DNA of 45,740 nucleotides from Deltaproteobacteria bacterium (GTDB taxonomy: Bacteria; Desulfobacterota; Syntrophia; Syntrophales; Fen-1087): contig JAPLJM010000045.1 in assembly GCA_026388595.1 (NCBI GenBank), positions 1-45,740 on the forward strand. The letters run 5' to 3'. Positions within the stretch are counted from its first letter, which is position 1; each line of letters begins with the position of its first letter. Shown here one piece after another: positions 21,234 to 36,353 of this stretch. Both the position numbers and the translations under genes were made by a program. The notes below the pieces were generated by a model. The model was not told the origin of the DNA. It did not search any database and saw nothing but the letters and a program-made list of their open reading frames with translations.

Positions 21234-21542
21234 CTATAATTTTATCTCAACATCCACACCAGCCGACAGATCCAGTTTCATCAATGCATCCACCGTTGAT
21301 TGGGTCGGCTCAATAATATCAATCAATCGCTTATGCGTTCTGATCTCAAACTGCTCCCTCGATTTCTTATCCACATGGGGTGATCGATTGACACAATATT
21401 TGTTGATTTCCGTCGGTAACGGAACAGGACCGGCAACGCGGGCGCCCGTTCGTTTGGCCGTCTCAACAATGTCCTCAACGGAGCGATCGAGCAGCTTATA
21501 GTCATACGCCTTGAGCCGAATTCTAATTTTTTGATCTTTCAT
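21234..21542 (-). CDS. rpsJ: 30S ribosomal protein S10
   Basis: [44 protein letters not shown] ... (102 aa). ATG at 21542, 34 nt after the tuf stop. The 169-aa track ORF overlaps tuf and is rejected. Confidence 0.95.
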   Translation of the reverse strand: MKDQKIRIRLKAYDYKLLDRSVEDIVETAKRTGARVAGPVPLPTEINKYCVNRSPHVDKKSREQFEIRTHKRLIDIIEPTQSTVDALMKLDLSAGVDVEIKL

Positions 21543-21576
21543 GGTTGTTGTCGCCGTCACATCAATTTTTTTATTT

Positions 21577-22770
21577 TTATTCAATAATCTTGCTGACCAC
21601 ACCCGCGCCGACCGTCCTGCCACCTTCGCGGATAGCAAATCGGAGTTGCTCTTCCATGGCAATGGGGGTGATGAGTTGGATTTCAAGATTGACATTATCG
21701 CCAGGCATGACCATTTCAACGCCTTCCGGCAAGGTGCAAACACCGGTCACGTCTGTCGTTCTGAAATAGAACTGGGGTCGATAGCCCGCGAAAAACGGGG
21801 TATGACGACCGCCTTCCTCCTTGGTCAGGATGTAGATGGCAGCATTGAACTTGGTATGCGGGGTAATGGATCCCGGCTTTGCTAAAACCTGTCCTCTTTC
21901 GACTTCTTCACGCTTCGTACCCCTGAGCAGCACCCCAACATCGTCACCTGCGCGGCCTTCATCAAGGGTTTTACGGAACATTTCAACACCGGTACAAACC
22001 GTTTTGAACGTCGGCCGGATACCAATAATTTCAACTTCCTCTCCGGTCCTGATGATCCCCCGATCCACCCTGCCGGTGACAACCGTGCCACGACCGGAAA
22101 TGGAAAAAACATCCCCGACGGGCATCAGGAAGGGCTTATCAAGAACACGAACGGGCTCCGGAATATAGTCATCCACGGCATCCATCAGTTTATAGATGGA
22201 CTGTACGTCCGGGTCATTGTCATCATCGTTTTCAAGCGCCTTCAACGCCGACCCCCGAATGATCGGGATATCATCCCCCGGGAATTCATAGGCCGTCAGC
22301 AGCTCTCTTAATTCGAGCTCTACAAGGTCTAGGAGTTCCGGATCATCAACAAGGTCAACCTTATTCATATAAACAACGATGTAGGGCACCTGAACCTGCC
22401 TGGCAAGGAGGATATGCTCCCGTGTCTGGGGCATGGGACCGTCGGAGGCTGCAACCACCAATATGGTTCCATCCATGTGCGCTGCACCGGAAATCATGTT
22501 TTTGATATAGTCCGCGTGGCCCGGGCAGTCGACATGGGCATAATGCCTCTTGGCTGTCTGATACTCCACATGGCAAATATTGATGGTCACGCCTCTTTCT
22601 TTTTCTTCCGGGGCATTATCAATCGAGTCAAAGGGCCTGAATTCTGCCCATCCCTTTTTGGCCAAGTGCTTCGTGATCGCGGCCGTCAATGTGGTTTTCC
22701 CATGATCCACATGCCCAATGGTCCCGATATTGAGATGCGGCTTCGTCCTCTCAAATTTTTTCTTAGCCAT
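21577..22770 (-). CDS. tuf: elongation factor Tu
   Basis: 397 aa; [18 protein letters not shown] and NKVD GTPase motifs; C-terminus [15 protein letters not shown]. Confidence 0.97.
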   Translation of the reverse strand: MAKKKFERTKPHLNIGTIGHVDHGKTTLTAAITKHLAKKGWAEFRPFDSIDNAPEEKERGVTINICHVEYQTAKRHYAHVDCPGHADYIKNMISGAAHMDGTILVVAASDGPMPQTREHILLARQVQVPYIVVYMNKVDLVDDPELLDLVELELRELLTAYEFPGDDIPIIRGSALKALENDDDNDPDVQSIYKLMDAVDDYIPEPVRVLDKPFLMPVGDVFSISGRGTVVTGRVDRGIIRTGEEVEIIGIRPTFKTVCTGVEMFRKTLDEGRAGDDVGVLLRGTKREEVERGQVLAKPGSITPHTKFNAAIYILTKEEGGRHTPFFAGYRPQFYFRTTDVTGVCTLPEGVEMVMPGDNVNLEIQLITPIAMEEQLRFAIREGGRTVGAGVVSKIIE

Positions 22771-22899
22771 TTCTTCCTACCTCCTTAAACTTTGAATGGT
22801 TCATCTTTTTGTCTTTTGCCCTTTGCTCTTTAAAATTGCCTTCTCTATCATGCTTTGGCTTCTCATGATCGTGGACAGCCTGATTCCCCGGCGAAACCT

Positions 22900-23370
22900 C
22901 TAAAATCGATAGTGTGCAAAAGCCTTGTTCGCCTCTGCCATCTTATGGACGCTTTCCCTTTTCTTAATGGCACCACCCCTGTTATTTGCGGCATCGAGGA
23001 TTTCACCAGCCAGCTTCTCCCGCATTGTTTTTTCGGTCCGCTCCTTTGCGTGCAGAATCAGCCAGCGAATTCCCAAAGCCAGCCTTCGTGAAGGTACGAC
23101 TTCCGTGGGAACCTGATAAGTTGAGCCGCCGACCCGCCGGGATTTAACTTCAATGACGGGCTTGACGTTGTTGACCGCCTTTTCAAAGACGTCAACGGGT
23201 GATTCTTTGGTTTTTTTCCCAATAATATCGAAAGAACCATAAAGTATCGACTCAGCAACGCTTTTTTTACCACGCTTCAATAAGCTGTTGATAAACTTGG
23301 CCACCAGCTTGTTGTTATACTTGGGATCCGGTAATACTTCCCGTTTGGCAATTTCCCTTCTTCTCGGCAT
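22900..23370 (-). CDS. rpsG: 30S ribosomal protein S7
   Basis: 156 aa; [28 protein letters not shown]. Confidence 0.95.
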   Translation of the reverse strand: MPRRREIAKREVLPDPKYNNKLVAKFINSLLKRGKKSVAESILYGSFDIIGKKTKESPVDVFEKAVNNVKPVIEVKSRRVGGSTYQVPTEVVPSRRLALGIRWLILHAKERTEKTMREKLAGEILDAANNRGGAIKKRESVHKMAEANKAFAHYRF

Positions 23371-23384
23371 GCGACCTTCTCCAA

Positions 23385-23756
23385 TTAACTCGGCTTCTTC
23401 GCCCCATATTTCGATCGACCCTGTTTCCTGTCCTGAACACCAACGGCATCCAAGGTTCCCCTGACGATATGATACCGCACGCCGGGAAGATCCTTGACCC
23501 TTCCACCCCGGACCAGAACCACCGAATGCTCCTGCAGATTGTGCCCCATCCCGGGAATATAAGATGTTACTTCATAACCGCTGGTCAGGCGGACCCTGGC
23601 CACCTTCCTCAATGCAGAGTTCGGCTTTTTTGGTGTCGTCGTATAGACTCTGACGCAAACCCCCCGCCGCTGCGGTGAGCTGGACAAGGCCGGTGTGGCG
23701 GCTTTTTTCTGGATCTTGGCCCGACCCTTACGAACCAACTGATTTATCGTCGGCAT
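23385..23756 (-). CDS. rpsL: 30S ribosomal protein S12
   Basis: 123 aa; [12 protein letters not shown] ... [16 protein letters not shown]. Confidence 0.95.
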   Translation of the reverse strand: MPTINQLVRKGRAKIQKKAATPALSSSPQRRGVCVRVYTTTPKKPNSALRKVARVRLTSGYEVTSYIPGMGHNLQEHSVVLVRGGRVKDLPGVRYHIVRGTLDAVGVQDRKQGRSKYGAKKPS

Positions 23757-23821
23757 TCTTCCTCCCGAAATGTTCCCCGTAGATACATGTTACTATGTTG
23801 TAGCAAAAGACAGGTTACCTA

Positions 23822-27947
<4,126 letters not shown>

Positions 27948-28036
27948 TCATTATCTCCTTCGAAAAATTACAAATGTCAATCTGCACGATTCAGAACAAA
28001 GACTGAATACGGCACCATCCATTCAAATTTTCCTGA

Positions 28037-31000
28037 TCATTCATCTTCAATAAGCTCTACATCCAGGCAGAGACTCTGCATCTCTTTAACCAGGACATTA
28101 AAGCTTTCCGGCAGTCCGGGCTCCAATGTATGCTCACCCTTCACGATGGCTTCATAAATACGCGTCCGGCCTGCCACATCATCGGATTTTACCGTGAGAA
28201 ATTCCTGCAAAGAGTGGGCGGCACCGTAAGCCTCCATCGCCCAAACTTCCATCTCTCCCAGCCGCTGGCCGCCAAACTGCGCCTTTCCGCCCAGTGGCTG
28301 CTGGGTCACGAGCGAATAAGGCCCGATGGATCTCGCGTGAATCTTGTTGTCTACCAGATGATGGAGCTTTAACATGTAGATCATTCCCACCGTCACCTTT
28401 TGATCAAAAGGCTCGCCGGTTCTTCCGTCGAACAAGACCGTTTGGCCCTTCTCCGGAAGATTGGCCAACTTAAGCATCCCCTGGATTTCCATTTCATCGG
28501 CCCCGTCGAAAACGGGCGTCGCCACCGATATCCCTGTCTTTAAGCGTCCGATAAATCTTTTAATTTCTTCATCCGTCGCCCCGTCCACGAAACGATCCGC
28601 CTCCGGGGATGCATAAAGTTGCTTCACTTCTTTCCTCAGTTGACCAATGCTGTAATGTTTCTCCAGGAGGGCATTGATCTTTTCACCCAATCCCTTGGCT
28701 GCCCAGCCCAGATGGGTCTCAAGGATCTGTCCGACGTTCATGCGCGAGGGAACCCCGAGCGGGTTCAAGATGATATCCACGGGCGTTCCATCGATAAAAT
28801 AGGGCATGTCCTCATCGGGCAGAATCCGGGACAGAACCCCTTTGTTCCCGTGGCGTCCGGCCATCTTATCACCAACGGAAAGCTTCCGCTTGATGGCAAT
28901 ATAGACCTTTACCAGTTTGATTACACCCGGTGGAAGTTCATCTCCGGCTTTCAGTTTCTCATGCTTCTCTTCAAAAAGGGCATTCACAAAGTCTATTTTC
29001 CGCGAAAGATTCTCCAGAAGAGAGCTGATTTTTTCTTCAAGGGCCTCCTCCTGATGGGAGGAGATGTCTTTCCAGAGATGGAACGGAATCATTTCCAAGA
29101 TGTCCTTGGTAATGAGGTCGCCCTTCTTCAGGACAATCTTTTTCTTTTTGGGATCAACCAGCTTGGCAGCAGCGGTTTTACCGATAAGCATTCCGGAGAC
29201 CCGGTCCTTGACCGCCTCTGTAATGATTCTGATTTCATCGTCGCGATCCTTGCAGAGCAGCGCAAAAGCCTCCTCTTCGATAATTTGCGAACGATGGTCC
29301 TTTTCAGCCCCTTTCCGGATGAAAATCTTGGCATCTATAACGGTCCCCTCGACGCCGGGAGACACGCGGAGGGAGGTATCCCGGACATCACTGGCCTTCT
29401 CACCAAAAATGGCCCTGAGGAGCTTCTCTTCAGAGGACAACTGGGTTTCACCTTTGGGGGTTATTTTTCCCACGAGGATATCACCGGACTTGACGGCTAC
29501 TCCCATGCGGACGATCCCGCTTTCATCGAGATTCCGAAGGGCTTCTTCACCCACATTGGGTATATCCCTGGTAATTTCTTCTTTTCCCAGCTTTGTGTCC
29601 CGGGCCATTGTTTCAAATTCCTCTATGTGGATAGAGGTGTAAACATCATCCTTGACAATCCTTTCACTGACCAGGATGGAATCTTCGTAGTTGTACCCCC
29701 CCCAAGACATGAAGGCCACCATCACATTACGGCCCAACGCCAGTTCGCCATTGTCCGTGGCCGGCCCATCTGCGATGATGTCGACCTTTTTGATCACATC
29801 CCCCTTGTTCACAATCGGTTTCTGGTTAAAGCAGGTATCCTGATTGGAACGTTGGTATTTGATGAGGTTATAAATGTCAACGCCGATATCCAGCCCGTCC
29901 TGCTCGGCGCCGTCAGACTTAATAACAATGCGTGAGGCGTCAACAGTTTCCACCACCCCTGATCGTTTCGCAACGACAACGGCTCCGGAATCCCTCGCCA
30001 CAATGGATTCCATCCCAGTACCCACAAGGGGTACCGCGGGTTTCATCAGGGGCACGGCCTGGCGCTGCATATTGGATCCCATCAGCGCTCGGTTGGCATC
30101 ATCATGCTCCAGAAAGGGAATCAAGGTGGCGGCCACACTAACAAGCTGATTGGGCGACACGTCCATCATCTTGATCTCTTCAGGCAATACCGTCAGGAAG
30201 TCGCCTCCCTTCCGCGCCGAGATGAGTTCACCGATGAACCGCCCGTCTTTATCAAGGGGGCGATCAGCCTGCGCGATGACGAAGTCCTCCTCTTCTATGG
30301 CCGTAAGATAACGGACATCATCCTGGACCCGTCCATTTTCAACCATCCGGTAAGGCGTTTCAATAAAACCAAATTCATTGACCCGCGCATAGGTGCTCAG
30401 AGAGACGATCAAGCCGATATTCGGCCCCTCCGGCGTCTCCACCGGACAGATCCTTCCATAATGGGTGGGATGGACATCCCGGACTTCAAACCCTGCCCGC
30501 TCCCGTGTCAGACCGCCCGGTCCCAGCGCCGAAAGACGGCGCTTATGTGTAATCTCAGAAAGAGGATTCGTCTGATCCATGAACTGCGACAGCTGGGATG
30601 ACCCGAAAAACTCATTGACCACGGCAGAAACCGGTTTCGCATTGATGAGATCATGGGGCATCATGGTTTCTAAATCCTGAAGACTCATTTTCTCTTTAAT
30701 GGCCCGTTCCATTCTCACCAGTCCGATACGGTATTGATTTTCTATGAGTTCCCCTACGGATCGGACACGCCGGTTGCCCAGGTGATCAATATCGTCAACA
30801 TTGCATTCCGCCACACCATTCTTGAGATCTATGAGATATTTGACTGCCGTCAGGATATCTTCGTGCTTCAGTACGGTCACATCCGTCGGCACGTCCAGAT
30901 GGAGCTTGTAATTCATCTTCGCACGACCGACATCGGACAGATCATACGTCTCTGATTCAAAAAAGAGGCTTCGGAAAAAAGTGTTGGCCGTTTCTGGGGT

Positions 31001-32128
31001 CGGGGGATTACTGGGCCGGAGCCGGCGATATATTTCAATGATCGCCTCTTCCTTTGTTTCCAGCTTGTCCGTCAGCAGGGTATCCCGGATGGACGCATTG
31101 GCCCGATCCTCATCAATATGAATAAAGTTAATCTGACTGATGCCCAGCTCACGAACTTTTTCAAGCCCTTCAAAAGTCAATTCGTCATTACATCTTAATA
31201 GAACTTCACCCGTTTGCGTGTTAAGCACGTCAGAAGCAACAACTTTACCAAGCATGTCAATTTCATTCACAGCGACCCGCTTGATCTTAAGATCAGCCAT
31301 GCGTTTTAAGAGCGGTTTGGTGATTTTTCTTCCCTTCTTAACGATAATCTCACCTGTCCGCAGGTCGATGATATCCTCCGGCGCTTTCCCGCCAATGACG
31401 GAATCATCAACCGCCATATAGAGTTTGTCTCCCTCGAGGGAAATGGTCTCCACGTTGTAAAAATAATTGAGGAGTTGCTCCGTGGGATAACCCATTGCCT
31501 TAAGAAGAATCGTGACAGGCATTTTTCGTCTCCTGTCAATGCGAACATAGAGAATATCTTTCGAATCGAACTCGAGATCAAGCCAGGAGCCCCGGATGGG
31601 AATAATACGGGCCGAGTAAATTAATTTACCGCTGGCCAGGGTTTTCCCTTTGTCATGATCAAAGAAGATGCCCGGTGACCGGTGAAGCTGACTGACGATA
31701 ACCCGTTCGGTCCCATTCACAATGAATGTCCCGTTTTCGGTCATTAAAGGAATCTCACCAAAGTATATTTCCTGCTCTTTGATGTCTCGAATTTGCCGTT
31801 GATCAGAACCAGGATCGGCATCAAACACCACGAGCCGGACGACAATCTTCAAGGGAGCGGCATAAGTCATCCCTTTCTGCACGCATTCCTTGATATCATA
31901 ACGGACATCCCCGATCTTATAGCTTACGAATTCGAGTGAACACTTCCGGCTGTAGTCGGAAATCGGAAAGACGCTCTTGAACGCACCCTGCAGGCCAAGA
32001 TTCCTGCGATTTTCCGCATCTATCTCTCTCTGTAAAAATTTCTCGTAAGACTTGGTCTGAATATCAATCAGATTGGGAATATCAACAATCTTTCTAATCC
32101 GGCCAAAATTCTTTCTCAGCTCGCCCAT
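28037..32128 (-). CDS. rpoB: DNA-directed RNA polymerase subunit beta
   Basis: 1363 aa; [34 protein letters not shown] (rifampicin region), [25 protein letters not shown]. Confidence 0.97.
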   Translation of the reverse strand: MGELRKNFGRIRKIVDIPNLIDIQTKSYEKFLQREIDAENRRNLGLQGAFKSVFPISDYSRKCSLEFVSYKIGDVRYDIKECVQKGMTYAAPLKIVVRLVVFDADPGSDQRQIRDIKEQEIYFGEIPLMTENGTFIVNGTERVIVSQLHRSPGIFFDHDKGKTLASGKLIYSARIIPIRGSWLDLEFDSKDILYVRIDRRRKMPVTILLKAMGYPTEQLLNYFYNVETISLEGDKLYMAVDDSVIGGKAPEDIIDLRTGEIIVKKGRKITKPLLKRMADLKIKRVAVNEIDMLGKVVASDVLNTQTGEVLLRCNDELTFEGLEKVRELGISQINFIHIDEDRANASIRDTLLTDKLETKEEAIIEIYRRLRPSNPPTPETANTFFRSLFFESETYDLSDVGRAKMNYKLHLDVPTDVTVLKHEDILTAVKYLIDLKNGVAECNVDDIDHLGNRRVRSVGELIENQYRIGLVRMERAIKEKMSLQDLETMMPHDLINAKPVSAVVNEFFGSSQLSQFMDQTNPLSEITHKRRLSALGPGGLTRERAGFEVRDVHPTHYGRICPVETPEGPNIGLIVSLSTYARVNEFGFIETPYRMVENGRVQDDVRYLTAIEEEDFVIAQADRPLDKDGRFIGELISARKGGDFLTVLPEEIKMMDVSPNQLVSVAATLIPFLEHDDANRALMGSNMQRQAVPLMKPAVPLVGTGMESIVARDSGAVVVAKRSGVVETVDASRIVIKSDGAEQDGLDIGVDIYNLIKYQRSNQDTCFNQKPIVNKGDVIKKVDIIADGPATDNGELALGRNVMVAFMSWGGYNYEDSILVSERIVKDDVYTSIHIEEFETMARDTKLGKEEITRDIPNVGEEALRNLDESGIVRMGVAVKSGDILVGKITPKGETQLSSEEKLLRAIFGEKASDVRDTSLRVSPGVEGTVIDAKIFIRKGAEKDHRSQIIEEEAFALLCKDRDDEIRIITEAVKDRVSGMLIGKTAAAKLVDPKKKKIVLKKGDLITKDILEMIPFHLWKDISSHQEEALEEKISSLLENLSRKIDFVNALFEEKHEKLKAGDELPPGVIKLVKVYIAIKRKLSVGDKMAGRHGNKGVLSRILPDEDMPYFIDGTPVDIILNPLGVPSRMNVGQILETHLGWAAKGLGEKINALLEKHYSIGQLRKEVKQLYASPEADRFVDGATDEEIKRFIGRLKTGISVATPVFDGADEMEIQGMLKLANLPEKGQTVLFDGRTGEPFDQKVTVGMIYMLKLHHLVDNKIHARSIGPYSLVTQQPLGGKAQFGGQRLGEMEVWAMEAYGAAHSLQEFLTVKSDDVAGRTRIYEAIVKGEHTLEPGLPESFNVLVKEMQSLCLDVELIEDE

Positions 32129-32254
32129 AATATCCTTTTATGATTTCGTCCACACGCACTTCCTGAGCCGCCAGAATGCCTTTTGACTCAGGCTCGATCT
32201 ATCCACACTTACCTACAAAAGACCGAATTACCGCCATGCTTGTCGGTATGGCGA

Positions 32255-32644
32255 CTATTTCACGTCGACCGTTCCGCCAACCTCTTCAATTTTCTTCTTG
32301 ATGTCGGCAGCTTCATCTTTCGAGATCGTCTCTTTTATCGGCTTCGGAATGCCCTCGACGAGATCTTTGGCTTCTTTCAGCCCTAAGCCGGTAATCGCCC
32401 GCACAACCTTGATCACCTGAATCTTCTGTTCGCCAAAGCCTGTAAGAATCACATCGAACTCGGTCTTCTCCTCGACCGCGGCTGCAGCATCAGAACCCGC
32501 AGAAGCAGCGGCTGCCATTGCTACCGGTGCCGCCGCCGACACGCCAAACTTCTCTTCCAATTCCTTGACCAGCTCGGACAGTTCAAGGACGGTCATCCCT
32601 TCGATAAATTTTACAACATCTTCTTTCGTAATCTGATTTGACAT
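32255..32644 (-). CDS. rplL: 50S ribosomal protein L7/L12
   Basis: [35 protein letters not shown] ... The ATG at 32644 has GGAAGGA at proper spacing. The track start 32653 abuts the SD. Confidence 0.95.
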   Translation of the reverse strand: MSNQITKEDVVKFIEGMTVLELSELVKELEEKFGVSAAAPVAMAAAASAGSDAAAAVEEKTEFDVILTGFGEQKIQVIKVVRAITGLGLKEAKDLVEGIPKPIKETISKDEAADIKKKIEEVGGTVDVK

Positions 32645-32674
32645 ATCTTTCATTCCTTCCTGTATGTTTTATGT

Positions 32675-33196
32675 TTAGACTGCTTCCTTTTTTGCTCGAT
32701 AGGCATCGAGAACCTGAACAAAACTTCTGGGGACGGCGCTCAGAACGTTGACCAACCCTGTCTGTACCCCGATGAATACAGAAAGGAGCTTCCCGAGGAG
32801 AATCTCCCGGGAAGGCAGTGCGGCCAGGGTGCTGAGTTGTTCCCGAGTGATCACCTTGCCTTTCAGCATGCCTGCTGTAATTTCGAGCTCGGCATTTTTC
32901 TTGGCGAAGTCAACCAGAACCTTTGCTGTTTCAACCACATCGCTACGATTCAGTGCAATCGCCAAGGGACCTTTAAAGTGATCCTGCAACACACTTAAAT
33001 CGGTCTCTTTCGAAGCGATCCTCAGGAGGGTGTTCTTCACCACGCTCAACTCGGTATCCGTCTTGCGCAACGCATTCCTGAGGGCTGTCAACTTTTCCAC
33101 ATTCAACCCGCTGTAATGGGCCAGGACCGCCAAGTCGAAATCCTTTAATTTTTCGTGAAGCTCGTGTGCAACCAGCTCCTTTGTTTTCCGATCCAA
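32675..33196 (-). CDS. rplJ: 50S ribosomal protein L10
   Basis: 173 aa; position between rplA and rplL. TTG start follows AAGGAGG. Confidence 0.93.
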   Translation of the reverse strand: MDRKTKELVAHELHEKLKDFDLAVLAHYSGLNVEKLTALRNALRKTDTELSVVKNTLLRIASKETDLSVLQDHFKGPLAIALNRSDVVETAKVLVDFAKKNAELEITAGMLKGKVITREQLSTLAALPSREILLGKLLSVFIGVQTGLVNVLSAVPRSFVQVLDAYRAKKEAV

Positions 33197-33415
33197 TCTA
33201 AAACCTCCTTTCCTTTATTTGCATCTTAATTGTTTGAATAGCATCATCCTAAAAAGAAAGTCGGAGAACAGATCGGCATACAGGAAATGGCGTTATGCTC
33301 ATGGTTATGTCCGAAGGAAAATAAAGATCATCTCGGCAGGCCGATGCATCTCGTTTAAACCGGCGTACCTGCTGTCTCAGACTTCTCAAATAGCTTAATA
33401 TCCCTATGTTTTCAA
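33197..33415 (-). promoter_or_regulatory. 219-nt rplA-rplJ spacer: candidate internal promoter and L10(L12)4 autoregulatory leader
   Basis: This is an unusually long non-coding spacer in the position where L10 leaders occur. A possible TTGAAA (33415..33410)-17 nt-TATTTG (33392..33387) promoter is present. The leader fold was not verified. Confidence 0.35.
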
Positions 33416-34114
33416 TTAAATATTTCTGACATCGAGGGGATCGATTTTAACACCGGGCCCCATCGTTGTGGAAATGGAAATGCTTCTCAAATAGGTTCCT
33501 TTACTGGAGGCCGGCTTTAACTTAACAATGGTTTCGATCAGAGCAAGCGTATTTTCCTGAAGTTTCTCGGGGCCGAAAGAAACCTTTCCAAGCGGGCTAT
33601 GGACGATGCCGGCCTTTTCGACGCGGAATTCCACTTTCCCCGCCTTGAGTTCCTGAACGGCTTTCGCCACATCAAAGGTCACCGTTCCGACTTTGGGGTT
33701 CGGCATCAGTCCGCGGGGACCGAGAATTTTTCCCAGCTTTCCGACACTGCCCATCATGTCCGGGGTGGCAACAACCCTGTCAAAATCGAGCCAGCCGGTT
33801 TTGATTTTTTCAATAATATCGTCAGCTCCGACGATATCGGCACCAGCCTCCAAGGCTTCCTTCTCTTTCTCGCCTTTGGCAAAAACGAGCACCCGGACAG
33901 ACTTTCCAAGGCCATGCGGCAACACCACGCTGCCCCGGACCATTTGATCCGCATGTGCAGGGTTGACACCCAGACGAATCGCACCGTCAACGGTCTCGTC
34001 GAACTTTGCCTTTGACGTCGTCACCACCAGTTCAATGGCCTCTTTCAGGGGATAGCGCTTCCCTGACTCAACCTTCTGTTTTGATTCTAAAAAACTTTTA
34101 CCCTTTTTGGACAT
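33416..34114 (-). CDS. rplA: 50S ribosomal protein L1
   Basis: 232 aa; [34 protein letters not shown]. Confidence 0.95.
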   Translation of the reverse strand: MSKKGKSFLESKQKVESGKRYPLKEAIELVVTTSKAKFDETVDGAIRLGVNPAHADQMVRGSVVLPHGLGKSVRVLVFAKGEKEKEALEAGADIVGADDIIEKIKTGWLDFDRVVATPDMMGSVGKLGKILGPRGLMPNPKVGTVTFDVAKAVQELKAGKVEFRVEKAGIVHSPLGKVSFGPEKLQENTLALIETIVKLKPASSKGTYLRSISISTTMGPGVKIDPLDVRNI

Positions 34115-34236
34115 AATAAAACCTCAAAATGAAGCGACCCGCCTTCAGGACGGGGTTTCCTCGCACGGAGGACATTTAAACAAGACGCTTCCGGCTGTCT
34201 GTGATGGAACATCCCGGAAGTTCCCCCTATCATCAC
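34115..34236 (-). promoter_or_regulatory. structured 122-nt rplK-rplA spacer (candidate L1 autoregulatory site)
   Basis: RNA GUGAUG-AUAGGG-GGAAC-UUCCGGGAU-GUUCC-AUCAC forms a bipartite hairpin right after the rplK stop. A second hairpin CCCGUC-CUGAA-GGCGGG follows. The function is inferred from position only. Confidence 0.3.
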
Positions 34237-34662
34237 CTATGCCGTTATTTCGATCCCCATGGATTTCGCTGTTCCCTCAATGGTCTGGATTGCACCTTCC
34301 ATGTCAACGGCATTCAGATCATGATATTTCAGTTCGGCAATCTCCCGAATCTGTTTTGCGCTGACAGCCCCCACCTTATCCTTTTTCGGATTTCCTGAAC
34401 CCTTGGCAATCTTAGCGGCCTGCTTCAGAAGAACCGATGCCGGAGGGGTTTTTGTCACAAAGGTAAAGGATCGATCGGCATAGACCGTGATAACAACCGG
34501 AATCACCGTCCCTTCCTGGTTCTGCGTCATGGCATTGTAGGCTTTGCAGAATTCCATGATATTGACGCCGTGCTGACCCAAGGCCGGTCCGATGGGCGGT
34601 GAGGGCGTCGCTTTTCCGGCCTTGATTTGCAACTTTATGTTCGCGATTACTTTCTTTGCCAT
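34237..34662 (-). CDS. rplK: 50S ribosomal protein L11
   Basis: [40 protein letters not shown] (141 aa from the ATG at 34662). Confidence 0.95.
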   Translation of the reverse strand: MAKKVIANIKLQIKAGKATPSPPIGPALGQHGVNIMEFCKAYNAMTQNQEGTVIPVVITVYADRSFTFVTKTPPASVLLKQAAKIAKGSGNPKKDKVGAVSAKQIREIAELKYHDLNAVDMEGAIQTIEGTAKSMGIEITA

Positions 34663-34739
34663 AATGATCACCTATTGACATGAATAAACTGGCTTTAGGT
34701 ACAAAATAATAATTGAACCTTTGAGCCCGGACCCTTACA

Positions 34740-35276
34740 TTAACTCTGCACGACCTGGATGAAATCCAACTCTACCGGCGTCGAACGGCCGAAGATGCTG
34801 ACGATCACCCTTAACTTGCCTTTTTCCGGTTTCACCTCATCGATCACGCCATCAAAATTGGTGAAGGGACCGTCGATTATACGCACATGATCACCCTCTT
34901 CGAATTTAAATTTCGGTTTGGGTTTCAAAGTCCCTTCGTCGATCCTGGTTTTAAGGTTTTCCACGTCCTTATCGGGAATGGGCGTCGGCTTGTCCTTACC
35001 TCCGATAAAACCGGTCACTTTCGGTGTATCTTTGACGATGTGCCAGGTATTATCGTTCATCTCCATATGAACCAGGATATACCCGGGAAAAAACTTCCGT
35101 TTGGAGGTCTTCTTTTCACCGGAAACCAGTTCCACAACATCTTCTTCGGGAATTAGAACATCCGAAAAATAATCCTGCATGCCCGCTGCAGAGATTCTCT
35201 CCTGAAGGGAAATCTTGACCTTGTTCTCAAAACCGGAATATGTATGAACGACATACCACTTGAAAGCCATCTGCAT
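34740..35276 (-). CDS. nusG: transcription termination/antitermination factor NusG
   Basis: 178 aa; [15 protein letters not shown] in the NGN domain and a C-terminal KOW ([16 protein letters not shown]). The start overlaps the secE stop (TAATG). Confidence 0.95.
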   Translation of the reverse strand: MQMAFKWYVVHTYSGFENKVKISLQERISAAGMQDYFSDVLIPEEDVVELVSGEKKTSKRKFFPGYILVHMEMNDNTWHIVKDTPKVTGFIGGKDKPTPIPDKDVENLKTRIDEGTLKPKPKFKFEEGDHVRIIDGPFTNFDGVIDEVKPEKGKLRVIVSIFGRSTPVELDFIQVVQS

Positions 35277-35479
35277 TAACCCAGAGCCAGTCTAATAATT
35301 TTGCTGAGGCCGAAATCAACAACCCCCAAAAAAAGAGAGATAATCACCACGACAATGATCACGACGGACGTTGAGGCCAAAGTCTGTTTTGGCGTCGGCC
35401 ACGTGACCTTCCTGAGTTCAATCTTCGCCTCTTTTAAGAATTGCGTGACCTTCGCAAATATCAGTTTAATTTTATCCAT
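35276..35479 (-). CDS. secE: preprotein translocase subunit SecE
   Basis: 67 aa; [17 protein letters not shown] followed by a single TM helix. Confidence 0.9.
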   Translation of the reverse strand: MDKIKLIFAKVTQFLKEAKIELRKVTWPTPKQTLASTSVVIIVVVIISLFLGVVDFGLSKIIRLALG

Positions 35480-35513
35480 TTAAAATCCATATCCGGAACT
35501 ATAAAAGAAAAAA

Positions 35514-35590
35514 TGGCAGGCCAGGAGGGACTCGAACCCCCAGCATCCGGATTTGGAGTCCGGCGCTCTATCCATTAGAGCTACTGGCCT
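35514..35590 (-). tRNA. tRNA-Trp (anticodon CCA)
   Basis: Reverse complement AGGCCAGTAGCTCTAATGGATAGAGCGCCGGACTCCAAATCCGG...GGTTCGAGTCCCTCCTGGCCTGCCA folds as a cloverleaf by hand; CCA is encoded. Confidence 0.93.
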
Positions 35591-35623
35591 ATTCCAAATG
35601 GTTTGTCCCTGCGCAAGGGAGAA

Positions 35624-35773
35624 CTATTTGGTCTCCCTGTGAACCTTGTGTCCCCGGCAGAATCTACAGAATTTTTTCAATTCCAGACGACTCTGCATGG
35701 TCCGTTTGTTCTTTGTGGTCGTATAATTTCTCTGTTTGCATTCGGTGCAAGCCAAAGTGATGATATTTCTCAT
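35624..35773 (-). CDS. rpmG: 50S ribosomal protein L33 (Zn-binding form)
   Basis: Not in the ORF track (49 aa). Hand translation [61 protein letters not shown]; the start lies 20 nt after the tRNA-Thr 3' end. Confidence 0.9.
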   Translation of the reverse strand: MRNIITLACTECKQRNYTTTKNKRTMQSRLELKKFCRFCRGHKVHRETK

Positions 35774-35793
35774 GATCACCCCTTTAAATGGTA

Positions 35794-35869
35794 TGGAGCC
35801 CACGACCAGGATTGAACTGGTGACCTCATCCTTACCAAGGATGTGCTCTACCGACTGAGCTACGTGGGC
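35794..35869 (-). tRNA. tRNA-Thr (anticodon GGT)
   Basis: Reverse complement GCCCACGTAGCTCAGTCGGTAGAGCACATCCTTGGTAAGGATGAGGTCACCAGTTCAATCCTGGTCGTGGGCTCCA. Confidence 0.93.
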
Positions 35870-35893
35870 TGATGATAGATCCCTCTATTTATT

Positions 35894-35969
35894 TGGAGCG
35901 GGAAACGGGATTCGAACCCGCGACCCTCAGCTTGGAAGGCTGACGCTCTAGCCACTGAGCTACTCCCGC
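35894..35969 (-). tRNA. tRNA-Gly (anticodon TCC)
   Basis: Reverse complement GCGGGAGTAGCTCAGTGGCTAGAGCGTCAGCCTTCCAAGCTGAGGGTCGCGGGTTCGAATCCCGTTTCCCGCTCCA. Confidence 0.93.
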
Positions 35970-36033
35970 TTCGACAAACAGCCAACGGCAACCTTTCCAG
36001 CCCGCATCCATGGGTCACGGTCCGGAAAAACAA

Positions 36034-36118
<85 letters not shown>

Positions 36119-36136
36119 AAAATCCATGCAAATTAC

Positions 36137-36212
36137 TGGAGCTGGCGATGGGACTTGAACCCGCAACCTGCTGATTACAAATCAGCTGCTCTGCCTGTTG
36201 AGCTACGCCAGC
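36137..36212 (-). tRNA. tRNA-Thr (anticodon TGT)
   Basis: Reverse complement GCTGGCGTAGCTCAACAGGCAGAGCAGCTGATTTGTAATCAGCAGGTTGCGGGTTCAAGTCCCATCGCCAGCTCCA. Confidence 0.93.
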
Positions 36213-36311
36213 CGGTATAAGACGCTAAGCCCCTGATTTCATTAAAAATAAAACAAATTTACCCTAAAAAAGCAAATACACACCACGTCGCGCGATTGAT
36301 GCGAATTGGTC

Positions 36312-36340
36312 ACATTAAATTCTATACTGATGTTTGTCAA
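36312..36340 (-). promoter_or_regulatory. strong sigma70-type promoter for the tRNA-Thr/Tyr/Gly/Thr (-rpmG...) transcription unit
   Basis: Minus strand reads TTGACA (36340..36335), exactly 17 nt, then TAATGT (36317..36312). It is preceded by an A/T-rich UP-like tract AAATAAATAAAAAAAAG. Confidence 0.7.
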
Positions 36341-36353
36341 GACTTTTTTTTAT

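Noticed and set aside
21234-21743. 169-aa extended rpsJ ORF, and similar 5'-extended track ORFs for rplV (18614), rplF (14529), rplE (15756), rlmB (41379) and pyrF (42205)
   Set aside because: The extensions overlap the upstream gene and have no homology to the respective protein families. Internal ATG starts with an SD give canonical-length proteins.
22771-22899. Hidden small gene or ncRNA in the purine-rich rpsG-tuf spacer
   Set aside because: There is no ORF with a start and SD, no stable helix (the best is a 5-bp UCAUG/CAUGA), and no promoter hexamers. It most simply serves as the tuf 5' UTR carrying its AAGGAGG SD.
28619-29935. 438-aa plus-strand ORF, the longest non-annotated ORF in the track
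   Set aside because: It lies entirely antisense to the highly conserved rpoB. Its translation is low-complexity with no recognisable motif and no SD. It is a typical shadow ORF of a codon-biased gene.
32129-32254. Possible rplL-rpoB attenuator or RNase III site, as in E. coli
   Set aside because: Only short helices are present (CGCCAU/AUGGCG; ACCGA/UCGGU followed by CUUUUG; CCUGAG/CUCAGG with a long loop). None has a convincing GC stem plus U-tract, so I do not call a feature.
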